The notes: generated by a model not told the origin, from the sequence alone. DNA of 63,373 bases, filler included, from Octopus bimaculoides (GCF_001194135.2; 4 parts of 3 records of this genome joined end to end with filler, not necessarily neighbours in it), one strand, 5' to 3'. Counted from the whole stretch's first letter, positions 39,640 to 52,226 are shown. Translations and numbers: made by a program.

Positions 39640-41295
39640 GTGCTTGACTTTTGCTTTGTATTTGTACAAGTTACTCCAAGTCTCACCCAGAGACCTCAGG
39701 AGACAAACAAGTTAGAAGTTCATGTTGGTGTTATGCCTAGGGTGTCATATATTTGGTTTTGCGCATAGTATTGTTCTAGAGAATGTTTAAGAAAACATAA
39801 GAAAATTATGAGTTTGTATTAAAATTTGAGATTAGATAGACAGTATTTTATGTAGGATATTGGTAGTTCCCATGAGCACTATCTTGTGAATTTCTGCAAT
39901 TTTGGGGTTTCCAGGTAACTGAGGTAGGTAGGAATCAGCCTTTTTTGCTTTCATTCCTATGGTGCGTATGACAACAGGTATTGTTTTAGTCTTGAGGTTC
40001 CACATTTTGCCAATTTCTATTTCAAGATCTTTATACTTGTTCAGTTGTTGGTAGGTTTTGACAGGCAAATTTATGTTGATTAGGACAGTCATATCAATGA
40101 AGAGGCATGATTTTTGTCTGAAATCCTTCAATATAATGTTTGGTCTATTTGCATCTATCTTTCAGTCAGTTTTAATGGTGAAGCCTCAGATGAGCAAGAA
40201 GTAATCATTTTCAAGCAATGGAGATAACTTCTGTTCCCATTAGTCTTTATCATGGGACAGATCCAGGTTTTTGCAAATTTCCCAGTGAATATATTGTCCT
40301 GCTCTATCATGCAGCATCATTAGCTGAAATTATATAGTGCAAGGTGAATTTTACCAATTACTTTTAGGTTTTGGTCAGAATTGCAAACTTCTGAGAGAGT
40401 GTCACGTTCATTCATACTGGCTTCTTTAATTTTCAGCCATTCAATCATGATTTGATTTTTTAGATAGTGTAGTTCAGTTGGGTCAATTTCTGTGTAATTT
40501 TATTCATCTATTTGATTTTCATCTGCCTTAGTGTTTATGGTTGATTGAGAGTGTATTTCACTTTGCTTATCTGTTACATTAACTCTTTCAATCAGTATTG
40601 CATTTTCCTCAGACCTGGATTGGTCTATAATTATTTCCTCAACAGTATCTTCTTTAGCTGTAACTTCGTTCCTTTTATCCTTTACTAATTGTTTAATTTG
40701 GTCAGTCTGTAATTCAATTAGTAATCTCTTTTTCATAATGTTTCTTCTGACGTTGGCAAGTTTGTTACTGTCTATGTAGGGTCTTATTTCAAGGTGTTTC
40801 TGTTTTCAGTTTAAGTAGGTTTGTACAGTATTAGATTTATTTGTGGGGAAATACATAGCATGATAGAAGGCCTTAAGAACTTCTTTATTATCGCCTCTAG
40901 ACCATTTTCATTCTTTTTCTTTTGGTTATTTGACGACGAGAAAGGATTGCCATCTGTTGGAATATTCCATTTGTGGGGTACTTCCAGCTCTTGTACTATG
41001 GGAAGATTTGAACCAGTAACTGATTTTTCGTACCCGATCTGGTTCATCACTCGGGTACGTGGCCTTTGTTTAAGCGGGTGACGGCGGATCCGGTTTGTAT
41101 TTGGTATTGTAATCATTGAAGCATGACGAGCTTGGACGTCGACATTAGGGGACGGATTTGTCTGTTTAGGGTTAATTTTTGAGACAACACCACCTCCGAG
41201 TTCTCTGAATGAAAACATTGCTCGTAACGTAGATCCTTAAGACTAACAGATCTGTATTCTTCTGTATTTTTTGTTGTTACATTTATCTCCGAGTA

Positions 41296-41296
<1 letters not shown>
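39640..41296 (-). mobile_element. Dong/R4-like RLE retrotransposon with both termini but RT deleted, embedded in (TAA)n
   Basis: 5' UTR abuts (TAA)n at 41297-41356. N-terminal KWSRGDNKEVLKAFYHAMY...KLANVRRNIMKKRLL joins, after a deletion near 40350, to HDRAGQYIHWEIC..., DANRPNIILKDFRQKSCLFIDM...KYKDLEIEIGKMWNLKT. (TAA)n tail at 39563-39639. Confidence 0.88.
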
Positions 41297-41356
<60 letters not shown>

Positions 41357-41907
41357 GAATGAGAGAGCTGCGCATGCAATCAAAATGACATTGGGGCAGA
41401 AATGTACGAAGCCAAATATACCCATCATGACTACCCGTCTGATAAGGATACACCAGGCACATTCATCACAACCACATGTGCGCGACATGGTGATCTCATA
41501 TCAAGATAAACAGTGCATGACCTTGCTGGTGGGGCTTGTTAGAATTTTCTTCGGGTCGAGTAGCCCATCCCGCTTAAATGGTCCCTAAATAAGGGTCATT
41601 TAAGGATATTGAACGAAACATCGAAGTTTCCAAATATGAATTATTCAAACGGAAACGAATTATTCTCAACATATGACTATGATGCTCCCCCACTACTCCT
41701 GCTCGTGATCAGAGATGCACATAACGTTAGCAACCAAGATATGCTCAAATGGTTAAGGTCAAGCGACTGACAAGTAAATCTATGGTATTGAGCAAAATGT
41801 TTATTGTAGCCCATATTTTATACCAAGACAAAGCATGTACACGATAACACTTTCAATCAATTAAGATAAGAAGCCATGAGAGCCAGTGCCTGGCATTGTA
41901 TCAGGGC
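41357..41907 (-). mobile_element. 551-bp non-coding element flanked by (TAA)n, putative RLE-mobilised non-autonomous element
   Basis: Bounded by (AAT)n on both sides (41908-41918 and 41297-41356) and ends ...ctctctcattc(AAT)n. No ORF, tRNA head or TIR recognised. Confidence 0.6.
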
Positions 41908-41918
41908 ATTATTATTAT

Positions 41919-42070
41919 CATTTTGCTTTGTATTTATACAAGTGAACTCCAAGTCTCACCCTGAGACCTCAGGAGACAACAAGTTAGACGTTCAAGTTGG
42001 TGCTATACCAAAAGTGTCATATATTTGGTTTTTACTGTTCCAGAGAATGTGTAAGAAAACATAAGAAAAC
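41919..42070 (-). mobile_element. 3' UTR fragment of the same Dong-like family as 39640-41296
   Basis: ttttgctttgtatttatacaagtgaactccaagtctcaccctgagacctcaggagac... aligns by eye to 39649-39805. Confidence 0.88.
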
Positions 42071-42621
42071 ACTGATGACAACGACAATGCATAAATTTAA
42101 TTATAATTACTATAATTACTATAGTTGTAATTTTTTCCTTACATATTTGTATTGTCCTTTGAAACGCGCGTATGTATTGAATCTTATTTTGTATTACATC
42201 TAATTTTGATTCAGCATCTTTTTCTCCTCCATTTTTCTATAATTGTTTATGGTATTTTTATACCTATAACGATAATTTTCAACTACTATTTTCATATTCT
42301 TATTACTTGCTCTGGCTGTGCATCATGAATATGATGGATCTTTATTAAAAATCATTCTTTCTCTCTTTTTGGACCTCTCAAAAAGTTTGAATTGTTCTCT
42401 TTCGAACTTATGTTTTCCTATATNNNNNNNNNNNNNNNNNNNNNNNNNNNNNNNNNNNNNNNNNNNNNNNNNNNNNNNNNNNNNNNNNNNNNNNNNNNNN
42501 NNNNNNNNNNNNNNNNNNNNNNNNNNNNNNNNNNNNNNNNNNNNNNNNNNNNNNNNNNNNNNNNNNNNNNNNNNNNNNNNNNNNNNNNNNNNNNNNNNNN
42601 NNNNNNNNNNNNNNNNNNNNN

Positions 42622-43912
42622 AGTGAACACCTTGCTGTCTAAATTACGCAAAAACGAAAATAACATTGACATCTCATTTTAACAGATATATTTACCAAAG
42701 TTACATAAAAATATTTTGAAATACAATAGAGTAAATTTATTCAATAAAATCGCCATTTCTTTCGACCAGAGACGACTTTGGTATCTCCTGCAACTCTTCT
42801 GGACGGTCTCCTTGTTTAAGTTGGTGAATGCTGCCATAATCCTTGTCTTCAGTTCATCTTTGATGTTACAAAGAGTTTTGTGAGTCTCTCGCTCAAATGC
42901 GCCCCACACATAATTATCAAGGGGTTTGAAGTCTGGGGAGTTAGGTGGCCAGATGTTAGAGATGATGTGGTCCGAGAAATTGTCTGACAGCCATGACTGG
43001 GTTCTCCTGCTTGTGTGGCATGGTGCAGAGTCCTGTTGCCAGATATAAGGTCTTTCAGCAGCCACCCAATTCACCCAGGGTAACACTATCTCCTCCAGGC
43101 ACTTGATGTAGGCCTTCGTGTTGAGTCTGAGGCCGTGTGGGAAGATGAATGGAGGCATAACGTCACCAACACTAGTGATAACTCCAAACACCATGATGTT
43201 GACTTGATGCTTGACTTTTATCACTCTCGGTACGTCTTGGGGACACGGCAAGCCAACGGTTGTTATGTATGTTCACTATTTGATCCTGGCATAAATTTTT
43301 CACATCTGAGAAAAACCAAAGCATGTTCGGATGAAGGGAATACTTGAGTTTGTTCAAAGGCTTCGCTCCACGGTCTTTCCTCTTGTACTTGATGGTTTCG
43401 GATAAATATTGACGCTTTCTCATCTTATATGAGGAATACCGAATGTATTGATGCACTCCCTGCCTGATAAGAAACTCAGATAGTCCCATGTCACTGGCGA
43501 TAGACCTGATTGACTGACGATGGACCTGACTGAGGAATCGTTGTCAATTATAGCTTGGATTTCACTAACAAATTCAGGAGCTCTTTTCTTATCAGAACCA
43601 TCAGAGTGAGTTTTCCGAGCTGGCGTACCTTCATATTCACCCTTAGACTCAGCCAACTCTTCCCGAATCTGTCCTCAGTTCGACACCCAAACACTCTACA
43701 ATGTTCGTATTGGAGCTTCCAGCGCGAATGCCAAGCTGTACAGTTTGTCGTTTCCAAATTTCTATCAGAGTTAATTACGTCATGGGGGTGTTTTTTCTTT
43801 CTCAGACCGTGCCCAACTAATCCTACTATACTGTGTAGTCGACAAAATGAAAATCAATGTGCATGTGCGAAATTAAAAATATGGCGACAATTTACCCATC
43901 GCAACCTGCATA
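42622..43912 (-). mobile_element. maT (DD37D) Tc1/mariner transposon, near full length, decayed
   Basis: WFFSDVKNLCQDQ..N..NRWLA; WQQD-SAPCH...WPPNSPDFKPL-D with 37 residues between D2 and D3. Terminal repeat caggttgcgatgggtaaattgtcgcc at the right end; the left end enters a gap. Confidence 0.92.
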
Positions 43913-45112
43913 NNNNNNNNNNNNNNNNNNNNNNNNNNNNNNNNNNNNNNNNNNNNNNNNNNNNNNNNNNNNNNNNNNNNNNNNNNNNNNNNNNNNNNNN
44001 NNNNNNNNNNNNTATATATATAATTATAAAACTTATTGACTTTCTATGTGAAATACCAATGTACGACATTATAAAACAATTAGAGAGGTATTTCTAAAAC
44101 TTCAAACTTAATTAAATGGAAATAATTGAATGAGTATGTATATTTATGTCTTTAAGGGTTGGGTAAGACATGTATATTTGGATTTGTGTGCATGTGTGTG
44201 TGTGTCTATGCGGGTTTGTGTACATATGCAGTTAGCCAATCACTCTTAATTGAAAAAGTATTGAGCATATAGTTTTTTTTCTTTTACATGACTTGTTGTT
44301 TAGCCTCAGGTAAATCTTTATTCAACATACTTATAATCAAAGGTTCTCCATTTGTGAGACTCCTGTATTTTATTGTAATGTAGGTCTACACTATCTAACG
44401 TATATTTTTTTAAAGATACCAGAGAGTGATTTGATGGGCTTTGTCTTTCATTTATAGTCAGGTGATGATATCAGGGCATCTTTTTGACAATTTTTGCATA
44501 TAACACTGTTCTCTGGCACATGCCCAGTTCTGATTTAAAAGACCAATAATTGAAGATGTTTCAAACTTAAACATCATACCTTTTAGGCTTACATTATCTA
44601 ATAAATCCATTTCTATTTCTTTAGATAGTAGGCTATGATTCGGGGAAAAGTTGATTTCTATTTCTAGCTACTTCTAACAGGTTGAGCAACCATGAAGATG
44701 TACTTTCATTGGCTTTTGTTGCACATAACAGTTGTAGGCAGGACATACATTTGCAGAAGAATCCAGAAAATTCTCAGTATTTGAGAGTGCACTAATATTA
44801 TCGCAATTGTCATTCAAAATGTAAAACACGATGAATATAACTATTGCAACTTATATGAGTTCGGCAGATTGGAGGTGTGTAGAATACTAAACTTGAAGCC
44901 CTCTGCTCATCTCATTCTTTTCTGCTAGAAACCACTACTCAGTTTCCTCTGTTATTCTCCATGCAGTATCTTATACAAATACACGTACACACATTTTTAC
45001 TTTCTGTATAATCTATCCTACTTCACTTTCCAAGTGTGCTGAGAAAAGAAAAGTCAAGCACTTGTCTATTTATTTTCTTCTGTTTTAGCCCACATCTTAC
45101 CTTCTTATAAAT

Positions 45113-45185
45113 GCATATGTATGTATGTATGTCTGTATGTATGTATGTATGTATGCATGTATGTATGTATGTGTGTATGTATGTA

Positions 45186-45216
<31 letters not shown>

Positions 45217-45240
45217 ATGTATGTATGTATGTATGTATGT
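45113..45240. repeat. (TATG)n tail/target array
   Basis: Directly visible. Follows the 3' end of the minus-strand element. Confidence 0.95.
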
Positions 45241-45784
45241 CATTATTCAGTTTATTTCAAGATTTCTTGTCAATAGAGAAAGAGCCGGTTTCTAACCTAG
45301 ATTCAAGACCCCCTTCATTGGAATTTCAGCATTAACAACAGGGTATTTTTGTATGTATGTATGTATGTATGTATGTACGTATGTAGCTATATATGTATGT
45401 ATGTATGTGTATGTGTGTATATATGTATGTATGTACGCATGTATGTATGTATGTATGTATGTATGTATGTACGCATGTATGTATGTATCTATATGCAGAT
45501 TTGTATGTTTTATGTATGTATTCTCATGCATAGGTTCCTCCTATATTCTCGCCCCTCTGACATCACAGTTTTGTTGATTAACAATTGCTCGGCACATCAC
45601 CAGACTCCCTTCTTCCCAACATCTTGTTCTGCTGTGATAGTGTTATTGGTTTCATAATGGTCTTGGAGGATGAGGTTTAAACATGATGTATAAATTTCAT
45701 ACGTTAAGTTTCGGCATGCAATTGGCCGGTAGTTTTTGTCATGTGGGTGGTTCTGCATTCAGGAATCAATTTTGTCTCTGCTAT
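45240..45784 (-). mobile_element. Internally deleted CATA-associated RLE element (RT domain 1-2 piece fused to 3' UTR with internal (CATA)n)
   Basis: ETKLIPE...YRPIACRNLTYEIYTSCLN...EQLLINKTVMSE, then 3' UTR part X (45489-45532), (CATA)n (45351-45488) and 3' UTR part Y (45240-45350). Confidence 0.85.
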
Positions 45785-45822
45785 ATGTATGTATGTATTT
45801 ATGTATGTATGTATGTATGTAT

Positions 45823-47941
45823 GCACAGAGTTGTATGTTTTATGTATATATTCTAATGCATATAGTTGCATATCTAGATATGCTCATATATATTTAAATG
45901 ATAAACTTCTGGAAAGTTTTACAGACTTTTACAGTTCCAGTGATGGATTTGAAGTGTAGTCTTCGAATTAGCTTTCCCCTCTCTGGTTTTGAGAAGCCTA
46001 TTTCTCAAGATTGGTATTTAGACAGTGTGTTACACATCCCAGGGTCCCAGTAATTACAGGTATAAACCCCTGAACTTGTAATCTGGACACAGTAACTGCA
46101 GATTTCTCAATAGTTCAACATAAGTGTTGTCTTTTTCACTGATCTTCAGCTTTATGTTAACATCCGCTGGGCAGCTAATTTCCACAACTGTATACAGTTT
46201 CTCTTCTCTATCCCAAATCATTATATCAGGTCTGTAGTGCTTACATTTTATTGAGGTCTTCACTAGTACAGTCCACCAGTATTCCTTTTTATTATTATGA
46301 GTGGCTATGACTTCTACCATATTGTGGGTTCTTATTTCTTTGTCCTCGGGATTATCCTTCCGACGGATTTCATTATAGAGTGTGTCATCGGTAGATAATA
46401 CCATGATGACATTTTCGGACAACTGCTTATGATGTGGGTGATATCTTCAGTGTGAACTCCACGAAGTTTGTATCGGTTGTCACATTTTACGACTTTTCCT
46501 GCATCTCTATCCCTTTTGTGAATCAGGTACTTGATATTTCCTGTTCCTGGACTGCACACGTATACCCTTCAACGTGAGAGGTAATAATCCGGTTGTTTGT
46601 CCATGATAAACTGTTTCGATGATCGATGTTACTATCATAAGGAGCTTTCTGCTAACATATCCATGCATAATTTTCTGCTCATATAGGCGCATCCTTTCAT
46701 CTGATGATGCGCTGTGGTAGAGTAGTGCGACTTCTTTGGGTATGTATTCTAGGTTATCAGACAAAGAGTGTTGCTCAAGGAGCTGCCTTCCAAGTCTTAT
46801 GATGTTGTCGACCTCATGTATGCAAACTAGGTCAAGGGATGCACTTCAACATTTGGTGGTTAAAAGATGTTGCCGAAGGGATAAGATGCGACATTCAAAG
46901 GCAGTTTGGATTGATGTTAAGCCTCTGCTGCCTTGTTTATGTTTTAGGTAGAAGCAGTCTATGTCACTGTTTATGTGGAAATTATCTGTGCTTGTTAATA
47001 TTTTGCAGGTGTTCTCATCAATGGCTTGCATCTCATCAAGCATTCAATCAAGCAGCCCAAATGTTCGTATGAGTACTGGTACTGCAAACACATTGTGGGC
47101 CACTGTTTTATTGAATACAGAGAGTCCTGAGGTCCAAATTTTCTTTATTCGGTTGTAATATTCTTTAGTGACACGTGTTTTGTTACAGGTGCCATTGTAA
47201 GATATGTTTTCATCCACTCCTGGATACCTGTAACATTTCTCGTCAGATAGAGGGGAAACAATCAAATCATTAATGGAGATGTTACTAGTCTGGTTTATAG
47301 ATTTCCCCCTTTTCACAACCATATAACATTTATCCTGACCAAGCTCCAACCCTACATCCTTTGAGAATGTTGTAACTAGGTCAAGGCTCTTTTCCATCTC
47401 ATGCATAAAGTCATCCACAAAGAAACAATGTATAATTTTGGTATTTCTATTTCCTCGTGAACCAGTGAGATATCCTTCAGACCTCCTTAACATGAATGAT
47501 AACGAGTTTACAGAAAGTATAAGCAACATCACAGAGAGGCTGTCTCCTTGGAATATGCTTTGTGATATTGTATTCCATCGGTGATAATACAGTCACTCTT
47601 TGTGTTTAATTTCAAGATGGTGGCCCACGATGAAGTCAGGTTAGCTATGGCTTAGACTATTCTCACTGAAACTTTAGCAAGCTGAAGGGCTTCTAGCATC
47701 CATAAGTGGGGAACAGAGTCTTTCTTGTAGTGTAGCCACATCGAAACTAGGTTCTTCCTATGCTCTCGCACCTCTGACATCACAGTTTTGTTGATTAACA
47801 ATCGCTTGGCACATCCCCAGACTCCCTTCTTCCCAGCTGCTTGTTTTGCTGTGATAATGTTATTAGTTTCACAAAGGTCCTGGAGAAAGATGTTTAAACA
47901 TGCTGTATAAATCTTATACATTAAGTTCTGACATGTAATTG
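45823..47941 (-). mobile_element. 5'-truncated RLE non-LTR retrotransposon (R4/Dong-clade-like): RT-CCHC-RLE, bounded by (CATA)n
   Basis: [11 protein letters not shown]...KQAAGKKG; FQGDSLSVML; HCFFVDD; EDITHIISSCP; HYRPDIMIWDREEKLYTVVEISCPADVNIKLKISEK. (CATA)n lies at both junctions. Confidence 0.93.
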
Positions 47942-48077
47942 TATGTATGTATGTATGTATGTATGTATGCATGTATGTATGTATGTATGTATGTATGTAT
48001 GTATGTGTGTGTGTATGTATGTGTGTATGTATGTGTGTATGTATGTATGTATGTATGTATGTGTGTGTGTATGTATG

Positions 48078-48180
48078 TCATTATTCAGTTTATTTCAGAA
48101 TTTCTAGTCAATAGAGAAAGAACCGCTTTCTAACCTACATCCAAGGCTCCTTCATTGGAATTTCAGCATTAACAACAGGT
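48078..48180 (-). mobile_element. Isolated 3' UTR part Y of the CATA family, between (CATA)n arrays
   Basis: tcattattcagtttatttcagaatttctagtcaatagagaaag...ttcattggaatttcagcattaacaacagg is homologous to 45240-45350. Confidence 0.88.
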
Positions 48181-50971
48181 TATGTATGTATGTATGTATG
48201 CATGTATGTATGTATGCCTGTATGTATGTATGTATGTATGTATGTATGCATGTATGTATGTATGAATGTATGTATGTATGTATGTATGTTTGCGTATGAG
48301 TGCCTATGTAGTATGTATGTAAAAATGTGAATTCATCTAGGTGAATTCTATTCTTAATTATTAGCGCTAAGAATATTTGTTACTTTCATAATCTACAGCA
48401 TTAATTTGATGCCCCTGTAATTGCTTCTTCGAGCATCTTCTTTGCTTTTGTAGTGAAAGATGGTTATACTGTAATGGAAATAACTAGGTATGATCCTTCC
48501 CCTGTATAACTTGGTTGGCTACGCGAGTGACTATCTTGAGCCCTACACCACCACCACCACCACCACCACCACCACCACCACCATCATCATCGTCATCATC
48601 ATCAGCAGCAGCAGCAACATCATCATCGATGATATAGCAGAAATGAAATTCCAAGCATTTGTAGAAAGCTCACTATCAGCCAAAGAATAAACCAGATGCC
48701 TCAAGCGATTTATCTAATTCATCACCTTCAACGACAGTGGGGAAATGAAATCGGTTATAGTGATGGGTGGAAATTACATGGAGCGAAAAGAAAAATGGGA
48801 TCCCCCCAAAAAGTCCTATTAATGATAAAATCTGCAAAAATATCCTACCTAGAAAATTCCTATAATTCGTAGTTCCTTAACGTAACATTTTCCTGTAAAG
48901 ACAAACGTGAAATTGATAGAGCATATAAGAGAAGAAATTTTAAAAAAAATTGTCCTAATGAGGTGATAATAGAGGTCGTCCACAAAACGTTGATGGATAA
49001 ACTTTGATAGGATAACAGCTGCAAACTAATGATTTTAACTCTTCCTAGGAGTTGTAGGGTGTTAATTGCTGAGCTAAGGCCCCAGTACCAAACGGCATCT
49101 GCAATAAGGCCCCAATACCAAAAGCATCTGCAATAATAGCACGACTAAAGATTGGTTGTTTGAATGTTTATTACCTGGTGATGGCTGAAAGTAGTGTCAC
49201 TGTTTATACATGGTATCTATCAGCGTGACTGGAACTTCTGGCACACAGTTCACTTGCACCTCTCCTGACTCACATCCTGGAGTATGCTTCAATTGCCCGA
49301 TTCGTCAGAGGCAAATCCTCACAAATATTTTATTGAAGTTTAGTGTTGGGTATCAGCGATGACGTTCATGGGAAGACCATAAGCACCAGAAAACACCAGT
49401 TAATTAGTCTATTACTGAAGATTTTTGACTCTCAGAAGCCCCTGCAACTACATTATAACTTGCCTTAATTGTAGCATTTCCCTCGTGTATCGCTGAATGG
49501 AATAATTGTCTACTTTTACTTTCTGTCTTTTAATTTCAACAATGCAATCGTTCGAGACACCCCCTATTTTAACACATTTATTGTCCTTGTCAGTAACAGT
49601 GCTGGTGCACATTGTATTTCTTCATTGTTGAAAGCACAGATATCTCAGAGCAAGCAATACCACTAAGAAGTTTTACCGATTCGAAGAAACTCTACAAATA
49701 TGCGAGTAGTGTCTGTCGTCCATTTTCGAGTTGCGGAGAGAGTGATGTAACAATTCTTCACGCACACGTTTGGTGTCGGAGAATTGCTGATATATGGAGC
49801 TTTTCAACAATTACTATCATATGTAGAACAGACATATTTGCCGGCTGTATACTTTGTAAAGATCACTGAATTACATTCCTTTAGTGAGAGGTGGACACTT
49901 TCCCTGTCTGTAGGCTATGGCGGAACATAATCTTGAGTACAAGCTTATTTCTCTCCGCCCCAAAACTTATCGATTTCTTTAAGTCTACTTTAAGCGGAGA
50001 AGGTGGGGAAGGTACTTTTTCCAATGAAATTTAATGAAACGTAAATAAAATGGTGAAACTGGTTCGTGTGAGAAGGCAAGGTCTTAAGTTATGCCTGGAA
50101 ATTGAAATAAAGAGACGGAATATTCAGATCTCGAAGGGTGAATTCCTTTTACGTTGCCTAAAAATAATATTTTTCCTATGTTTTGCACATTTAACCTCAG
50201 TCCAGCTTACAGCATAGGTACACTTAAATGTTTCAAACCATTTTGTATAAAATATTGAGTGCGTCTGTGTAATGCATTGCAGGGCAATAAAGACCAACAG
50301 TTATTATTATCATTGTTGTTGTTAATATTTCATTATATTTAGCATAAAAACAAGTTTCCATATTAGTTTTGATTGTTCACATTGTATTCATATGCCTCCC
50401 TCGTTAAACAGTGATTACACATAAGCACAAGTACTTCACAGCAACATATGAAGTATATATAACAACACCCACACGAACATAAACACAAACAGGCAAAAAC
50501 TTATTGACTACTATGATATGCGATATTTTGTTTTGAGTAGAACGTAGTCTTTAAGAAAACAAGCAACCATTTAGTAGTAAGTAGAAGCTGTAACAAAAGT
50601 AGTAAGTAACCTATAGCAAAGAGCCTTCACTAGTCTTAGTATGGAGCCTTTTTGTTTGGTAGCTGGCGAATGATTGCTAAAATGATTATTACTATTTTAG
50701 TATTCTCTTCATTTCTTTAAAATTCTTATAACAACAGCCTTATTTTCAGAAACTAAAAAATTTACATAATTTCGCTCTGCGATAGGATCACCGATACTTA
50801 TTTTAAACAGTACAACAATGAGCTGCAGAAGCAATTGTAAATGCTTTGATGCAATCAAACCTCCAATCATAAGAAATTCTTCATTGCGATGCAAATTGTC
50901 TCCTATGATAAACAAGCTGTATTTATTAGTCGGCATCCCATCCTCGCTTTATCTCTCGCATTCTCTTTGTG

Positions 50972-51034
<63 letters not shown>

Positions 51035-51196
51035 AATATATGAGTATATGCATATATATGTACATGTATGTATATACGTCCATCCACATGTACATATAGA
51101 TACATAACTGGGTACATGACGTGGCAAAAGAACAAGGACAAAAATGGTAAATAAGGTGCAACAAACACGCAGGCCACATAGAAACATCCCCTTCAT

Positions 51197-51296
51197 NNNN
51201 NNNNNNNNNNNNNNNNNNNNNNNNNNNNNNNNNNNNNNNNTTAATTAATTAANNNNNNNNNNNNNNNNNNNNNNNNNNNNNNNNNNNNNNNNNNNN
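51197..51296. other. Artificial scaffold spacer (44 N + TTAATTAATTAA + 44 N)
   Basis: Same structure as 11461-11560. Confidence 0.95.
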
Positions 51297-51649
51297 AACG
51301 ACACTAGGACTTTAACATTTGCAACAACACCAACCAACGAGCATTAACAAATATCAGCCAGCTAAGGTTAGCAACCGCACTAGTCTGTTGGCATTAGCAC
51401 CGATATAAGCCGATTGACGTTAGCAACAATACTAGCCAACGAACTATAACTTCGACGCTTGCCAGCCGATGTCACCGTGGCCAAGCTGCGAAGCAACATT
51501 AGCAGAAGTTTAGCAGAGATTGCATATGTTTCAGGAAACAGTCATGAAATGTGATGTGAAAGGAACTGTTATTAGTCGTCATCATACGATTAAGGCATAC
51601 GTGCAGATGTTAATTTCCTTCTATTTCTAGTTCACGAACAATAATAATA

Positions 51650-51680
<31 letters not shown>

Positions 51681-51761
51681 AGTAATAGTAATGACGAAGC
51701 GCCGTGTAAATTGTTCTTATATTTGTAAAAGTTCTGTGGTTTAAGCATTTTTTATTACTGG

Positions 51762-51811
<50 letters not shown>

Positions 51812-51817
<6 letters not shown>

Positions 51818-52135
51818 GTGTATATATGTAAATATATATGTATGTATATATATATACGTGTATATATGTAAATATATATGTATGTATATATATACGTGTA
51901 TATATGTAAATATATATGTATATATAATATACGTGTATATATGTAAATATATATGTATGTATATATATGCGTGTATATATGTAAATATATATGTATGTAT
52001 ATATATACGTGTATATATGTAAATATATATGTATGTATATATATACGTGTATATATGTAAATATATATGTATGTATATATATATACGTGTATATATGTAA
52101 ACATATATGAATATATACGTGTATATATGTAAACA
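51812..52135. repeat. ~34-36-bp AT-rich minisatellite (atacgtgtatatatgtaaatatatatgtatgtatat)
   Basis: About nine imperfect tandem units visible. Confidence 0.85.
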
Positions 52136-52193
52136 CATATATATGTATGTGTATCGTTATATATTTGTGTGTGGATATATTTGTGTATATGTA

Positions 52194-52226
<33 letters not shown>

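Noticed and set aside
41200-41296. Search for an HDV-like ribozyme at the 5' end of the Dong-like element
   Set aside because: No nested double-pseudoknot pairing could be assigned by eye. The 5' UTR may be internally deleted, so this needs a covariance-model search on the consensus.
50709-50936. Minus ORF with LLLQLIVVLF resembling the first TM of Rh proteins
   Set aside because: The similarity is only a short hydrophobic run, it is on the wrong strand and side relative to the Rh exons, and no supporting downstream Rh motifs were found.
51812-52135. Regularly spaced ~35-bp units that superficially resemble a CRISPR array
   Set aside because: Units are contiguous tandem repeats without unique spacers; eukaryotic context and no cas genes.
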